From the NCBI GenBank assembly GCA_046484825.1, contig JAWOIE010000094.1:1-49549 (forward strand): a DNA stretch of 49,549 nt. The letters run 5' to 3'. The position numbers were made by a program, and so were the translations under genes. Positions 28,682-40,204 of this stretch are shown one piece after another. The DNA comes from Gammaproteobacteria bacterium. Lineage in GTDB: Bacteria > Pseudomonadota > Gammaproteobacteria > UBA6429 > Thiohalophilaceae. The number at the start of each line of letters is the position of its first letter. The first letter of the stretch is position 1. The notes below the pieces were generated by a model, which was not told the DNA's origin, ran no database searches, and worked only from the letters and a program-made list of their open reading frames with translations.

Positions 28682-28739
28682 CGCCTGGCACTCAAACGTG
28701 CACAAGCACATTGACGGTCTGACGAGCGCAGCAAAAGAT
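28682..28739 (+). repeat. Copy 2 of the ~58-bp duplicated intergenic element (upstream of the GlcG-like gene)
   Basis: CGCCTGGCACTCAAACGTGCACAAGCACATTGACGGTCTGACGAGCGCAGCAAAAGAT. This is the reverse complement of copy 1 apart from a few substitutions and one indel. Confidence 0.85.
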
Positions 28740-28786
28740 AAGCCGCATTCATTAGCATTGTTCACCGGGACCCTGAGGAGACGTAC

Positions 28787-29296
28787 ATGACTGGAATGAT
28801 GAAGGCCTTTGTGGCCGGCACTTTACTCTCGCTGGCGGGCAGCACCCTGGTCAGCGCCGCCGATGTCGTCAATGACAAGAGCCTCGGCATGGAGCTGGCG
28901 CGGGATATTAGCAACGAGGCGGTACTGGCCTGCCGCCAACAGGGCTATCACGTCAGTGCCGTGGTGGTGGACCGTTTTGGCCTGTTGCGTGCTGCCCTGC
29001 GCGATGACCTGGCGTCGCGTTTTACCCTGGAGATCGCTGAACGCAAGGCCAATCTCACCGTCATGGCCTGGACCGACAGCGGCCCGTTTCGCAAGGCACG
29101 GCCGGACATCCAGCAGGAGCTGAATCATATCGAGGGGCTGATTGTCATGGAGGGCGGTGTGCGCATCGTCTCCGGCGGCTATAACCTGGGCGCCGTGGGG
29201 GTCAGTGGCGCACCGGGGGGCGAGCGCGATGCCGACTGCGCCCACAAGGCCCTGGAAAAACTCAGGGAACGGATTGAGTTTGCGGTGGACGGTTAG
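28787..29296 (+). CDS. GlcG/HbpS-like (DUF336) heme-binding protein with signal peptide
   Basis: 169 aa. Signal peptide LLSLAGSTLVSAADV, and GGYNLGAVGVSGAPGGERDADCA. RBS GAGGAG. Confidence 0.85.
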   Translation: MTGMMKAFVAGTLLSLAGSTLVSAADVVNDKSLGMELARDISNEAVLACRQQGYHVSAVVVDRFGLLRAALRDDLASRFTLEIAERKANLTVMAWTDSGPFRKARPDIQQELNHIEGLIVMEGGVRIVSGGYNLGAVGVSGAPGGERDADCAHKALEKLRERIEFAVDG

Positions 29297-29897
29297 CCTG
29301 ACGGCGACTCAACGCCAGCAGGCGTAGCAACAGCATCGCGGCGATGAAAACCCCGCCACGCAGCAGTGCAGAGATGGCGGCGATTTTCTGGTAGATGCCT
29401 TGCCAGTTAATGGTATCCACATAGGGGTTGGCGCCGTAGGCCTTGACCAACAACAGTACCTCGGGCCACCAGTCCGGGCCGCCGCTGCAGCAGCCGCGCA
29501 ACCACATCTCGAACAGGGCCGACCAGCAGAGTAATGCCGCCGCGAGCCACAGGCCTTTTTGCCGGCCGCGCAACAGGGACCACTGCGCCAGCGGTCTCGC
29601 CAGCAGGACGGCGGCCACCAGCAACCCAATCACATCGCTGATACTCCAGTAGACACCCCAGTTTAGACCGGTGCTGCCGACCGACGTCAGCGCCAGCACA
29701 TCCAGATCAAACAACACCAGCTTGAGTGTCTGCAGGACATTACTGGCAAAGAGGTCCGGCAACAGGGCGAACCTGAGTGCCAAAGGACTCGCCAGAGTGT
29801 TGGGCAGGGAACCTCCCAGCAGCGCGAGCACGAGACTCACCAGTAACAGTGGCAGGAGCAAGAGCCCCAGGGTCAGAATGAGAGGGTGTCGCGTCAT
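29262..29897 (-). CDS. Hypothetical integral membrane protein
   Basis: 211 aa with several transmembrane helices and the motif RGCCSGGPDWWPE. Its 3' end overlaps the convergent GlcG-like gene by 35 nt. Confidence 0.5.
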   Translation of the reverse strand: MTRHPLILTLGLLLLPLLLVSLVLALLGGSLPNTLASPLALRFALLPDLFASNVLQTLKLVLFDLDVLALTSVGSTGLNWGVYWSISDVIGLLVAAVLLARPLAQWSLLRGRQKGLWLAAALLCWSALFEMWLRGCCSGGPDWWPEVLLLVKAYGANPYVDTINWQGIYQKIAAISALLRGGVFIAAMLLLRLLALSRRQANRPPQTQSVP

Positions 29898-29999
29898 GTC
29901 ACTTCCGGCGAAGTTGCGTCCTGTCGTTATCGGCAGGCAACGCGAATGATTGAGTCTCTCGGGAAGGCGCGGCTCGGATCTCGAAGCGCCGGCGGACGG

Positions 30000-30545
30000 C
30001 TATTGCCAGAGTTCCTTCAGACGGCGTTCGATCATTTTCTGCCAGCCGGTGCCATCAGTGACCACTTGCAGATTTCTCAGCACCTGGCGTTCCCCCGGAC
30101 GGAGCACTTCCTCCACCTCGAATTTACCCTTGCCCAGGAGACGGCTCTTGGTGACATGGATACGATAGCTGCCCACATATTTTAGTTCGCCCGGTCTGAC
30201 GTGAATGACCTTCTGGTAGGCCTGCTGCTTACTGCGCACCAGATTGAACTGATTCTTATCGCCCGCATGAAAGGCGGCAATCACATATTTACCCGGACGA
30301 ATATTTTCCGCCATGAAGGTGCCGTCATCGTAGACCAGTACACGGGGCGTCCTGCTAAAGGGGCGAATATAGGTCTTGCCATACTCAAAAAAGTCGACCT
30401 GAGTGATCGGCTCATCGGCGAGGACACTGCCATAGATCATGGCGAACTTGCGTGAATGCACATCGTCCGGCGGGGCCTGGCCATTACAGGCCACCAGCCC
30501 CATCATGATCAGGCCAAAAAGAAAAACGTGTTGCCGATGCTGCAT
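30000..30545 (-). CDS. Hypothetical lipoprotein
   Basis: Internal ATG of ORF 30000..30731, preceded by AGGAG. Signal peptide MQHRQHVFLFGLIMMGLVAC with a lipobox-like LVAC. Confidence 0.6.
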   Translation of the reverse strand: MQHRQHVFLFGLIMMGLVACNGQAPPDDVHSRKFAMIYGSVLADEPITQVDFFEYGKTYIRPFSRTPRVLVYDDGTFMAENIRPGKYVIAAFHAGDKNQFNLVRSKQQAYQKVIHVRPGELKYVGSYRIHVTKSRLLGKGKFEVEEVLRPGERQVLRNLQVVTDGTGWQKMIERRLKELWQ

Positions 30546-30796
30546 GCCCACTCCTAACCCCGGTAATTCATTCAAGATGTGCATGAAAATGCAACAATCG
30601 GGCCAGTTTCTGCCGATGGGCCGCTGCACATGGTGCGATGCGGGTAATAATGGCAAGACCAACAGGGACGAAAGCCCCCTGGCCGGCCCCTGGGATAAGC
30701 GACACGCTATGAGGCAGCCAAAGCGGGCCACGGCGCCAACACGTGGTCACGGGGCTTGAGCAGTGGCGTAGCCGCGTCTGAGACGCCCCCGTCATG

Positions 30797-30826
30797 AAAA
30801 AAGGGACCTTGCGGTCCCTTTTTTGC
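30797..30826 (-). terminator. Rho-independent terminator downstream of pnp (symmetric, possibly bidirectional)
   Basis: AAAAAAGGGACC-GCAA-GGTCCCTTTTTT on the minus strand. Confidence 0.85.
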
Positions 30827-30862
30827 GTCTACAGCGGCAAATCTTTGCCGTGCAGGTCTTGC

Positions 30863-32941
30863 CTAGGCGTTAACCGCCTTCATACTCAGGCGGATACGAC
30901 CCTGTTTGTCAATTTCCAGGACCTTGACCTTGACCGTCTCGCCCTCGCTGAGCTTGTCACCGACATTCTCGACGCGCTCTTCCGAGATCTGCGAGACATG
31001 TACCAGACCATCTTTGCCCGGCAGGATGGTGACAAAGGCGCCGAAGTCCATCAGCTTGGCCACGCGGCCTTCGTAGACCTTGCCCACTTCGACGTCGGCC
31101 GTGATCTGCTCCACCTGACGCTTGGCCTCTTCCGCCGCAGCCTGGTCCACTGACGAGATCTTCACCAGACCATCGTCGGAGATATCGATACTGACACCGG
31201 TCTCTTCGGTAATCGAGCGAATAGTCGCACCACCCTTGCCGATGACATCACGGATCTTGTCCGGGTTGATCTTGAAGGTAATGTAACGTGGCGCATAGGC
31301 GGACATGTCGGTACGTGGCTCAGAGATAACGGCATTCATTTTCTCGAGAATAAACAGTCGACCGTCTTTGGCTTGCGACAGGGCAATTTCCATGATTTCC
31401 TTGGTGATGCCTTCAATCTTGATATCCATTTGCAGGGCGTTCACACCCTTTTCGGTACCGGCAACCTTGAAATCCATGTCACCCAGGTGATCTTCGTCAC
31501 CGAGGATGTCACTGAGGACGGCAAACTTGTCGCCTTCCTTTACCAGACCCATGGCGATACCGGCCGTCGCTGCCTTGACCGGGACGCCGGCATCCATCAG
31601 CGCCAGTGAGGTACCACAGACAGAGGCCATGGAGCTGGAACCGTTGGATTCAGTAATTTCGGAGACCACGCGAATGGAGTAAGGGTATTCTTCCATATTC
31701 GGCATACTGCCCAAAACACCACGCTTGGCCAGACGACCGTGACCAATCTCACGACGACCCGGGCTACCGGTACGGCCGGTCTCACCTACTGAGAAGGGCG
31801 GAAAGTTGTATTGCAGCATGAAGGGTTCGCGGTAGGAACCTTCCAGGGCATCGATAATCTGTGAGTCGCGTTCCGTGCCCAGTGTGGTGACGACCAGCGC
31901 CTGGGTTTCACCACGGGTAAACAGTGCAGAACCATGGGTGCGGGGCAGTACGCCAACGCGCACGGTAATGGGACGCACGGTCTTGGTGTCACGACCATCG
32001 ATTCGTGGCTCACCTTCGATAATGCGGCTGCGCACAACGCGTTTTTTCAGGCTTTCAATCGCACCGGCGACGTCTTCTTCACTATAACCATCGTCGGAGG
32101 CAACGGCAGCAATAATAGCCTTTGATACTTCACCAATACGGTTATAGCGCTCCATCTTGTCACTGATGGTATAGGCTGCTTTGATATCGGCTTCGCCAGC
32201 ATCTGCGACCAGCTTGGCCAGGGTCTCATCCTTGGCCGGGGCTTCCCAGGCATGCGCTGTCACACCGACTTCACGGACAAATTCGTTAATGGCATTGACA
32301 ACCACCTGCAGGGCATCGTGACCAAAAACCACGGCACCCAGCATCACATCTTCGGGTAATTCCCTGGCCTCTGATTCCACCATCAGTACGGCATTGGCCG
32401 TACCGGCAACGGTCAGGTCCAGGTCTGATTCTTTTAATTCAGAAAAGGTCGGGTTCAGGATGTAGGCACCATCTTTGTAACCCACCTTGGCGGCACCAAT
32501 AGGGCCGTTGAAAGGCGCACCGGTCAGGGCCAGCGCCGCGGAGGCACCGATCATGGCGGGGATGTCGCCATCAATTTCCGGGTCCATGGAGACCACGGTG
32601 GCGATGACCTGCACTTCGTGGGTGTAGCCCTTGGGAAACAGAGGGCGAATAGGACGGTCGATGAGACGGCTGGTCAGGGTTTCTTTTTCGCTGGGACGAC
32701 CTTCGCGCTTGAGGAAGCCACCAGGGATTTTACCGACGGCGTAGGTCTTTTCCTGATAATTGATAGTCATCGGGAAAAAATCACGCCCCGGCTGTGCTTC
32801 TTTTTCCACCACAGCGGTTACCAGGACGACGGTATCGCCCATGCTAACCAGTACCGCGCCAGTGGCCTGGCGGGCGATTTCCCCCGTCTCGAGCCTTACA
32901 GTGTTATTACCAAACTGAAATTCTTTTACAACGGGGGTCAT
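30863..32941 (-). CDS. pnp: Polyribonucleotide nucleotidyltransferase (PNPase)
   Basis: 692 aa with two RNase PH domains, KH and S1. Contains FPPFSVGE and a GRIRLSMK tail. Confidence 0.98.
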   Translation of the reverse strand: MTPVVKEFQFGNNTVRLETGEIARQATGAVLVSMGDTVVLVTAVVEKEAQPGRDFFPMTINYQEKTYAVGKIPGGFLKREGRPSEKETLTSRLIDRPIRPLFPKGYTHEVQVIATVVSMDPEIDGDIPAMIGASAALALTGAPFNGPIGAAKVGYKDGAYILNPTFSELKESDLDLTVAGTANAVLMVESEARELPEDVMLGAVVFGHDALQVVVNAINEFVREVGVTAHAWEAPAKDETLAKLVADAGEADIKAAYTISDKMERYNRIGEVSKAIIAAVASDDGYSEEDVAGAIESLKKRVVRSRIIEGEPRIDGRDTKTVRPITVRVGVLPRTHGSALFTRGETQALVVTTLGTERDSQIIDALEGSYREPFMLQYNFPPFSVGETGRTGSPGRREIGHGRLAKRGVLGSMPNMEEYPYSIRVVSEITESNGSSSMASVCGTSLALMDAGVPVKAATAGIAMGLVKEGDKFAVLSDILGDEDHLGDMDFKVAGTEKGVNALQMDIKIEGITKEIMEIALSQAKDGRLFILEKMNAVISEPRTDMSAYAPRYITFKINPDKIRDVIGKGGATIRSITEETGVSIDISDDGLVKISSVDQAAAEEAKRQVEQITADVEVGKVYEGRVAKLMDFGAFVTILPGKDGLVHVSQISEERVENVGDKLSEGETVKVKVLEIDKQGRIRLSMKAVNA

Positions 32942-32968
32942 GATTTTTCCTTTGATTCGTCGGTTGGA

Positions 32969-33238
32969 TTACTTACGCAGGCCAAGTTTTTCGATGAGAC
33001 TGCGATAGCGCTCAACATCTTTCTTCTTGAGATAGTCCAACAGCTTGCGACGCTTGCTTACCATGCGCAGCAGGCCCTGACGTGAATGATAGTCATGCTT
33101 GTGTTCTTTGAAGTGACCTGAAAGGTCATTGATACGGGCAGACAAAATCGCTACCTGAACTTCGGGGGAGCCAGTATCACTGCCTCCACGGGCGTGATCT
33201 TTAACAATCACTGACTTCTGCTCGGCATTAATCGCCAT
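32969..33238 (-). CDS. rpsO: 30S ribosomal protein S15
   Basis: 89 aa. Contains [35 protein letters not shown]. Confidence 0.98.
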   Translation of the reverse strand: MAINAEQKSVIVKDHARGGSDTGSPEVQVAILSARINDLSGHFKEHKHDYHSRQGLLRMVSKRRKLLDYLKKKDVERYRSLIEKLGLRK

Positions 33239-33359
33239 GAATTACTCCTGTTTTTTTCCGGTCTGTGCTGTGGTGAAAAAAGCGGCGGTATTGTAACTGT
33301 CGGGACGAGGTGGATACAAGCCGCAACTATCTGAAAATCACGATTTTTTGCCGGTCTGC

Positions 33360-34283
33360 TCACGAAGTGGCCTTGAGCAGGCGTTTGGGCGCCACGCGGC
33401 CGTCATCGAGAATCTGCCCCACCCCCAAAAAGCGCTCATCCTGGCTATAGAGCCGAACCAGCCCCTCGGTAGGGGCCTGTGCCACCTGTACGGGCTGACC
33501 CTGCTGCACGTAGAAGGTGCCATTATCCGTCAGGTGAATGTCGGGGAAATCGCCCAGAGCGGCCTCCAGCGGCAGTAACAGGGCATCCAGGGCCGCCTGG
33601 CCGCCCTGTTGCAAAATCTCGCTAAGTTGCGCCAGAGTGTAGGCATTTTCGATATTAAACGGTCCCACGCCGGTGCGCCGCAGTTGCCCCAGATGGGCGC
33701 CGCAGCCCAGGTCACGGCCGATATCCTCGGCCAGGGTACGAATATAGGTCCCCTTGGAGCACTTGACGAAAATGTCCAGTTCATCGGGGCGCTGCTCCCG
33801 CAGACGGAGCTCATAAATATGGATCTGGCGGGGCTGGCGTTCGACCTCCACGCCCTGGCGCGCCAGTTTGTAGAGTGGCTGGCCATTTTGCTTGATCGCC
33901 GAATGCATGGGGGGGATCTGCTCCAGGTCGCCGGTATAGCGCTGCAACACCGCCTCCACCTCGGCCCGGCTCAGTGCCGGCACCGGCTTTGACTCAATGA
34001 CCTCACCCTCGGCATCCGCCGTGGTGGTGACCGCCCCCAGCTTACAGATACCTTCATAGCGCTTGTCAGAATCCAGCAAAAAACTGGACAGCTTGGTGGC
34101 CTCCCCCAGGCAAATGGGCAGCAGGCCGCTGGCCAGGGGGTCGAGACTGCCGGTGTGACCGGCCTTGCGGGCGTTGAACAGGTGTTTGACTTCCTGCAGG
34201 GCCTTATTGGAGCTAATGCCAATGGCCTTGTCCAGCAACAGTATGCCATTGACCGGACGCCCCTTTTCACGTCTGCGGCCCAT
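33360..34283 (-). CDS. truB: tRNA pseudouridine(55) synthase
   Basis: 307 aa. Contains GILLLDKAIGISSN and KAGHTGSLDPLASGLLPICLGEATK. Confidence 0.95.
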   Translation of the reverse strand: MGRRREKGRPVNGILLLDKAIGISSNKALQEVKHLFNARKAGHTGSLDPLASGLLPICLGEATKLSSFLLDSDKRYEGICKLGAVTTTADAEGEVIESKPVPALSRAEVEAVLQRYTGDLEQIPPMHSAIKQNGQPLYKLARQGVEVERQPRQIHIYELRLREQRPDELDIFVKCSKGTYIRTLAEDIGRDLGCGAHLGQLRRTGVGPFNIENAYTLAQLSEILQQGGQAALDALLLPLEAALGDFPDIHLTDNGTFYVQQGQPVQVAQAPTEGLVRLYSQDERFLGVGQILDDGRVAPKRLLKATS

Positions 34284-34663
34284 TAATCCTCATCCTCTTT
34301 GTGCCTGGCACGGTCTACGGCCACCGCTTCATCGATCAGTTGCGACAACTGCGAGCCGCGCACAACAGAGTCGTCGTATTTAAAAATCAGGGAGGGGACG
34401 TGGCGCATCACCAGGCGTTGCCCCAGGGCGCGACGCAGAAAACCGGCGGACTTTTCCAGCCCCTGCTGTACGGCCGCAAGGTCGTTGTCATCCCCCATCA
34501 CGGTATAGAAGACCTTCGCCACAGACAGGTCGCGACTGGCCTGTACCGCCTGCACGGTGACACCCGTCACGCGTGGGTCTTTGACTTCAAGTTGCAGCAA
34601 TTGGGCAAGTTCGCGTTGGAGCTGCTCTCCAACGCGACGACTGCGACTAAATTCTTTAGGCAT
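34283..34663 (-). CDS. rbfA: Ribosome-binding factor A
   Basis: 126 aa. Contains SRSRRVGEQLQRELAQLL. Its TAA stop shares one nucleotide with the truB ATG. Confidence 0.95.
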   Translation of the reverse strand: MPKEFSRSRRVGEQLQRELAQLLQLEVKDPRVTGVTVQAVQASRDLSVAKVFYTVMGDDNDLAAVQQGLEKSAGFLRRALGQRLVMRHVPSLIFKYDDSVVRGSQLSQLIDEAVAVDRARHKEDED

Positions 34664-34712
34664 CGGGAATCGATTAGTACTTTAAGAAATGCGATTAAAA
34701 TAAGGACCGCGA

Positions 34713-37223
<2,511 letters not shown>

Positions 37224-37256
37224 CTATTTCCCCTAACTTACTACCCTAACCCTAAC

Positions 37257-38735
37257 TTACTCTTCAGCAAACCATGGCGCACGTGCGGTCATGATCAATT
37301 TTGCTGCGCGCTCTTCGTCAATACCTTCAATCTCAATCAAGTCATCAACCGCCTGCTCTGCCAGGTCTTCCATTGACTTGATGCCGACCGCCGCCAACTG
37401 CTTGGCCGTCTCTTCGTCCATGCCTTCCATCTCGAGCAAGTCCTGCTCGGGTTCCGCCAGCTCTTCTGAGCTAATGGCACGGGTCAGCAACACATCTTTG
37501 GCGCGCTGGCGCAATTCTTCGACAATACCCTCATCGAATTCTTCGATTTCCAGCATTTCGCTTACCGGCACGTAGGCGACTTCATCGATGGTGGTAAATC
37601 CTTCCTGCACCAGAATTGCCGCGACCTCTTCGTCCACATCCAGGGCATCCATAAAGACCCGCTGGTTGCGTTCGGACTCTTCTTCGCTCTTGGCCTCGGC
37701 CGCCGATTCGGACATCACGTTCAGGGTCCAGCCGCTCAGGTCGCTGGCCATTTTCACATTCTGGCCACCACGGCCTATCGCCTGTGACAACTGCTCTTCG
37801 GCGACGGCAATGTCCATGCTCTCGGACTCTTCATCAACCACGATGGAAACCACATCGGCCGGGGCCATGGCGTTAATAACAAACTGCGCTGGATTCTCGT
37901 CCCACAGGACAATGTCGATACGCTCACCGGCCAGCTCATTGGAAACCGCCTGGACACGTGAACCCCGCATACCGACACAGGCGCCGACCGGATCGATACG
38001 TGCCTCGGTACTCCTTACCGCGATCTTGGCGCGTGAACCCGGGTCACGGGCAGCCGCCAGGATTTCAATCAGACCTTCGCCGATTTCCGGCACTTCGATC
38101 TTGAACAGTTCCATCAAAAAACGCGGATCCGTACGGCTAACCATCAATTGCGGACCACGGCTCTCGGCGCGCACTTCCTTAAGGTAGCCACGCAGACGGT
38201 CGCCGGGGCGCACCGACTCGCGCGGGATCATTTCTTCGCGCGGGATAATGGCATCGACATTATTGCCAAGGTCCATAAAGACATTGCCACGTTCAACGCG
38301 CTTGACAATCCCCATCACCAGCTCGCCGATACGATCCTTGTAGGCATCAAAAACCTGCTCGCGCTCAGCCTCACGCACCTTCTGGACAATGACCTGTTTG
38401 GCCGTCTGTGCGGCGATACGACCGAACTCAATGGACTCCACCGGTTCTTCGACAAAGTCACCGACGGCAATCTCCGGGTTTTCGACCTGAGCGGCGCTCA
38501 AGGTAGTCTGGCGCTCAGGCGCATCCATGGCGTCGTCCTCCACCACTTCCCAGCGGCGAAATGTTTCATAACCGCCAGTAGCCCTGTCAATGGCCACGCG
38601 GATGTCGACGTCATTGTTGTAGCGCTTCTTGGTCGCCATGGCCAGTGCCGCTTCAATGGCTTCGAAGATGATGCGTTTGTCCACACCCTTTTCGTTGGAC
38701 ACCGCATCGGCCACCAGCAGGATCTCTTTGTTCAT
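37257..38735 (-). CDS. nusA: Transcription termination/antitermination factor NusA
   Basis: 492 aa. Starts [18 protein letters not shown]. Has S1, two KH domains and acidic C-terminal repeats. Confidence 0.98.
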   Translation of the reverse strand: MNKEILLVADAVSNEKGVDKRIIFEAIEAALAMATKKRYNNDVDIRVAIDRATGGYETFRRWEVVEDDAMDAPERQTTLSAAQVENPEIAVGDFVEEPVESIEFGRIAAQTAKQVIVQKVREAEREQVFDAYKDRIGELVMGIVKRVERGNVFMDLGNNVDAIIPREEMIPRESVRPGDRLRGYLKEVRAESRGPQLMVSRTDPRFLMELFKIEVPEIGEGLIEILAAARDPGSRAKIAVRSTEARIDPVGACVGMRGSRVQAVSNELAGERIDIVLWDENPAQFVINAMAPADVVSIVVDEESESMDIAVAEEQLSQAIGRGGQNVKMASDLSGWTLNVMSESAAEAKSEEESERNQRVFMDALDVDEEVAAILVQEGFTTIDEVAYVPVSEMLEIEEFDEGIVEELRQRAKDVLLTRAISSEELAEPEQDLLEMEGMDEETAKQLAAVGIKSMEDLAEQAVDDLIEIEGIDEERAAKLIMTARAPWFAEE

Positions 38736-38815
38736 CGTTCCATTCCTACACTCAGGATATCGTTAAGATAATTTGAAAGTAGTATCAACACCACCTCCAA
38801 CCAAACCTCTTCAAT

Positions 38816-39274
38816 CTAAAATTCCGGTACCAGATTCGCCTTGTCGATATCGTCAAAACGAATCGTTATCTGTTCCCCATCGTCCAGCGACAGGGTAATC
38901 ATGTCCTCGACGACCTGCTCAATGCGGCCTTTGATTTTGCGCCGACCGTCCTGCATGTCATGCAGGCGCAGCTTGACTCGATGGCCGTTAAACCGTACAT
39001 AGTCGGCCAGTTTAAACATGGGCCGATCCAGCCCCGGCGAAGAGACCTCCAACAGGTACTGACCCTTGATCGGGTCCTCCACGTCGAGCACGCTGCCCAG
39101 CTGTCGGCTCACCTGCTCGCAATCTTCGAGCACGACACCGGCCTCATTGTCGATAAAAATGCGCAGTATCGAGTTTTTGCCCTGGGGGATATACTCGACA
39201 CCAACCAGTTCGTAGCCCATTGGCGAGACAACGGACTCCACCAAATTTGTTACCGTGGCACTAATTCGGCCCAT
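38816..39274 (-). CDS. rimP: Ribosome maturation factor RimP
   Basis: 152 aa. Contains LEVSSPGLDRPMF and lies upstream of nusA. Confidence 0.95.
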   Translation of the reverse strand: MGRISATVTNLVESVVSPMGYELVGVEYIPQGKNSILRIFIDNEAGVVLEDCEQVSRQLGSVLDVEDPIKGQYLLEVSSPGLDRPMFKLADYVRFNGHRVKLRLHDMQDGRRKIKGRIEQVVEDMITLSLDDGEQITIRFDDIDKANLVPEF

Positions 39275-39284
39275 TCATCAGCCC

Positions 39285-39313
39285 CAAAAATAAAAAATGG
39301 GCCTCGGGGCCCA
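39285..39313 (-). terminator. Terminator-like hairpin in the rimP-nusA-infB leader (candidate attenuator)
   Basis: The minus strand reads TGGGCC-CCGA-GGCCCA followed by TTTTTTATTTTT. It ends 11 nt before the rimP ATG. Confidence 0.6.
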
Positions 39314-39351
39314 CTTGTTAAATGCTCGAACAAGTCTGTAAAACAGGCGCG

Positions 39352-39380
39352 ATTATAACACCTTATATATAAAATTCCAG
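39352..39380 (-). promoter_or_regulatory. Candidate sigma-70 promoter (extended -10) for rimP-nusA-infB
   Basis: The minus strand reads CTGGAA-N17-TATAAT with TGT immediately upstream of the -10 (TGnTATAAT). About 75 nt upstream of rimP. Confidence 0.4.
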
Positions 39381-39810
39381 CCCGTTGGCACAATGCAGGC
39401 CCGTCCCGACGGGCCGTGCCAACAGTGCTGGCTGCACTGTCCCGGCGCCAAACGCCCTCCTGCGCCACTGGCGGGTAGCCGCCGGCATGTCATTTGTCTG
39501 CGGCTGGCCTATCCGGCCCGCAGACCGCTAAAGACTGTCAAACACCTGGGCATGCAGTCCTACAGGCACGAGAAGTAGCCGCCAACACAGGGGCGGTCAA
39601 AGCGCTTTTACGATGCGGAGCTGTCCCTGCCCACAGGTGAACGAGCACGGACGCGCCCCTGCGCACGTGACGCTCGGCAACCCGGACACCATCGACCCCA
39701 GGCTTAGCGCACGGCCAGCCGAGCGGTACTTTTTCTTGATGACCTTCATCGAGATATCCACAAAGACCGCACTGCGGCATGCAAGTCCCACCCGACGGCG
39801 ATCGGCGGAC

Positions 39811-39838
39811 GAAAAAAAACCTAACACAAAAGTTAGGT
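39811..39838 (-). terminator. Rho-independent terminator directly after tRNA-fMet
   Basis: The minus strand reads AACCTAAC-TTTTGT-GTTAGGTT followed by TTTTTTTT. Confidence 0.8.
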
Positions 39839-39849
39839 TTTTATGATTT

Positions 39850-39926
<77 letters not shown>

Positions 39927-39938
39927 TCAGAAGCGCGC

Positions 39939-39967
39939 ATTCTATACAAGCTGCCCAGGCTCTTCAA
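39939..39967 (-). promoter_or_regulatory. Candidate sigma-70 promoter of tRNA-fMet
   Basis: The minus strand reads TTGAAG-N17-TAGAAT followed by a GC-rich discriminator (GCGCGC). The -10 ends 12 nt before the tRNA 5' end. Confidence 0.55.
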
Positions 39968-40135
39968 GCCAAAAGGGTGAATACTTGCAGATATGTTGCT
40001 TCACCGTGGCTCCGTGCTGGCGTGTAGCGGCCAGGATTGCAATGTTGTCCGCTTCATGGGTGCAAATTGCAGTGATATGTGGACAAAGTAGCAGCAATAA
40101 TCTGTAGCCTGTTGTTTTGATTAACCTTATTATCA

Positions 40136-40151
40136 TGGTATGAAATTTGCT
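40136..40151 (+). promoter_or_regulatory. Sigma-54 (-24/-12) type promoter upstream of soxY
   Basis: TGGTAT-GAAAT-TTGCT with canonical GG-N10-GC spacing. Ends 54 nt before the soxY ATG. Confidence 0.55.
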
Positions 40152-40204
40152 GTATTTCACAGTAATGCGAATGTTTAAAATTAAGTGTTGGAGGAGTTTC
40201 CCTA

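Noticed and set aside
28686-28702. TGGCAC-N6-GTGCA inside both copies of the 58-bp element (also 27106-27122 on the minus strand), which looks like a sigma-54 promoter.
   Set aside because: The GG to GC spacing is 11 nt rather than the strictly conserved 10 nt, in both copies. I treat it as part of an imperfect palindrome or operator instead.
30546-30731. N-terminal extension of the lipoprotein ORF (start at 30731). Similarly, the extension of the NtrC regulator to 43247 and of the small protein to 5225.
   Set aside because: In each case an internal ATG has a good Shine-Dalgarno sequence and yields the expected N-terminus (signal peptide or receiver-domain start). The extensions are not protein-like.
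39597-39749. 50-aa ORF MKVIKKKYRSAGRALSLGSMVSGLPSVTCAGARPCSFTCGQGQLRIVKAL inside the GC-rich tRNA-rimP spacer.
   Set aside because: It has no convincing RBS and no recognisable family, and it lies in a region full of hairpins. It cannot be supported from sequence alone.
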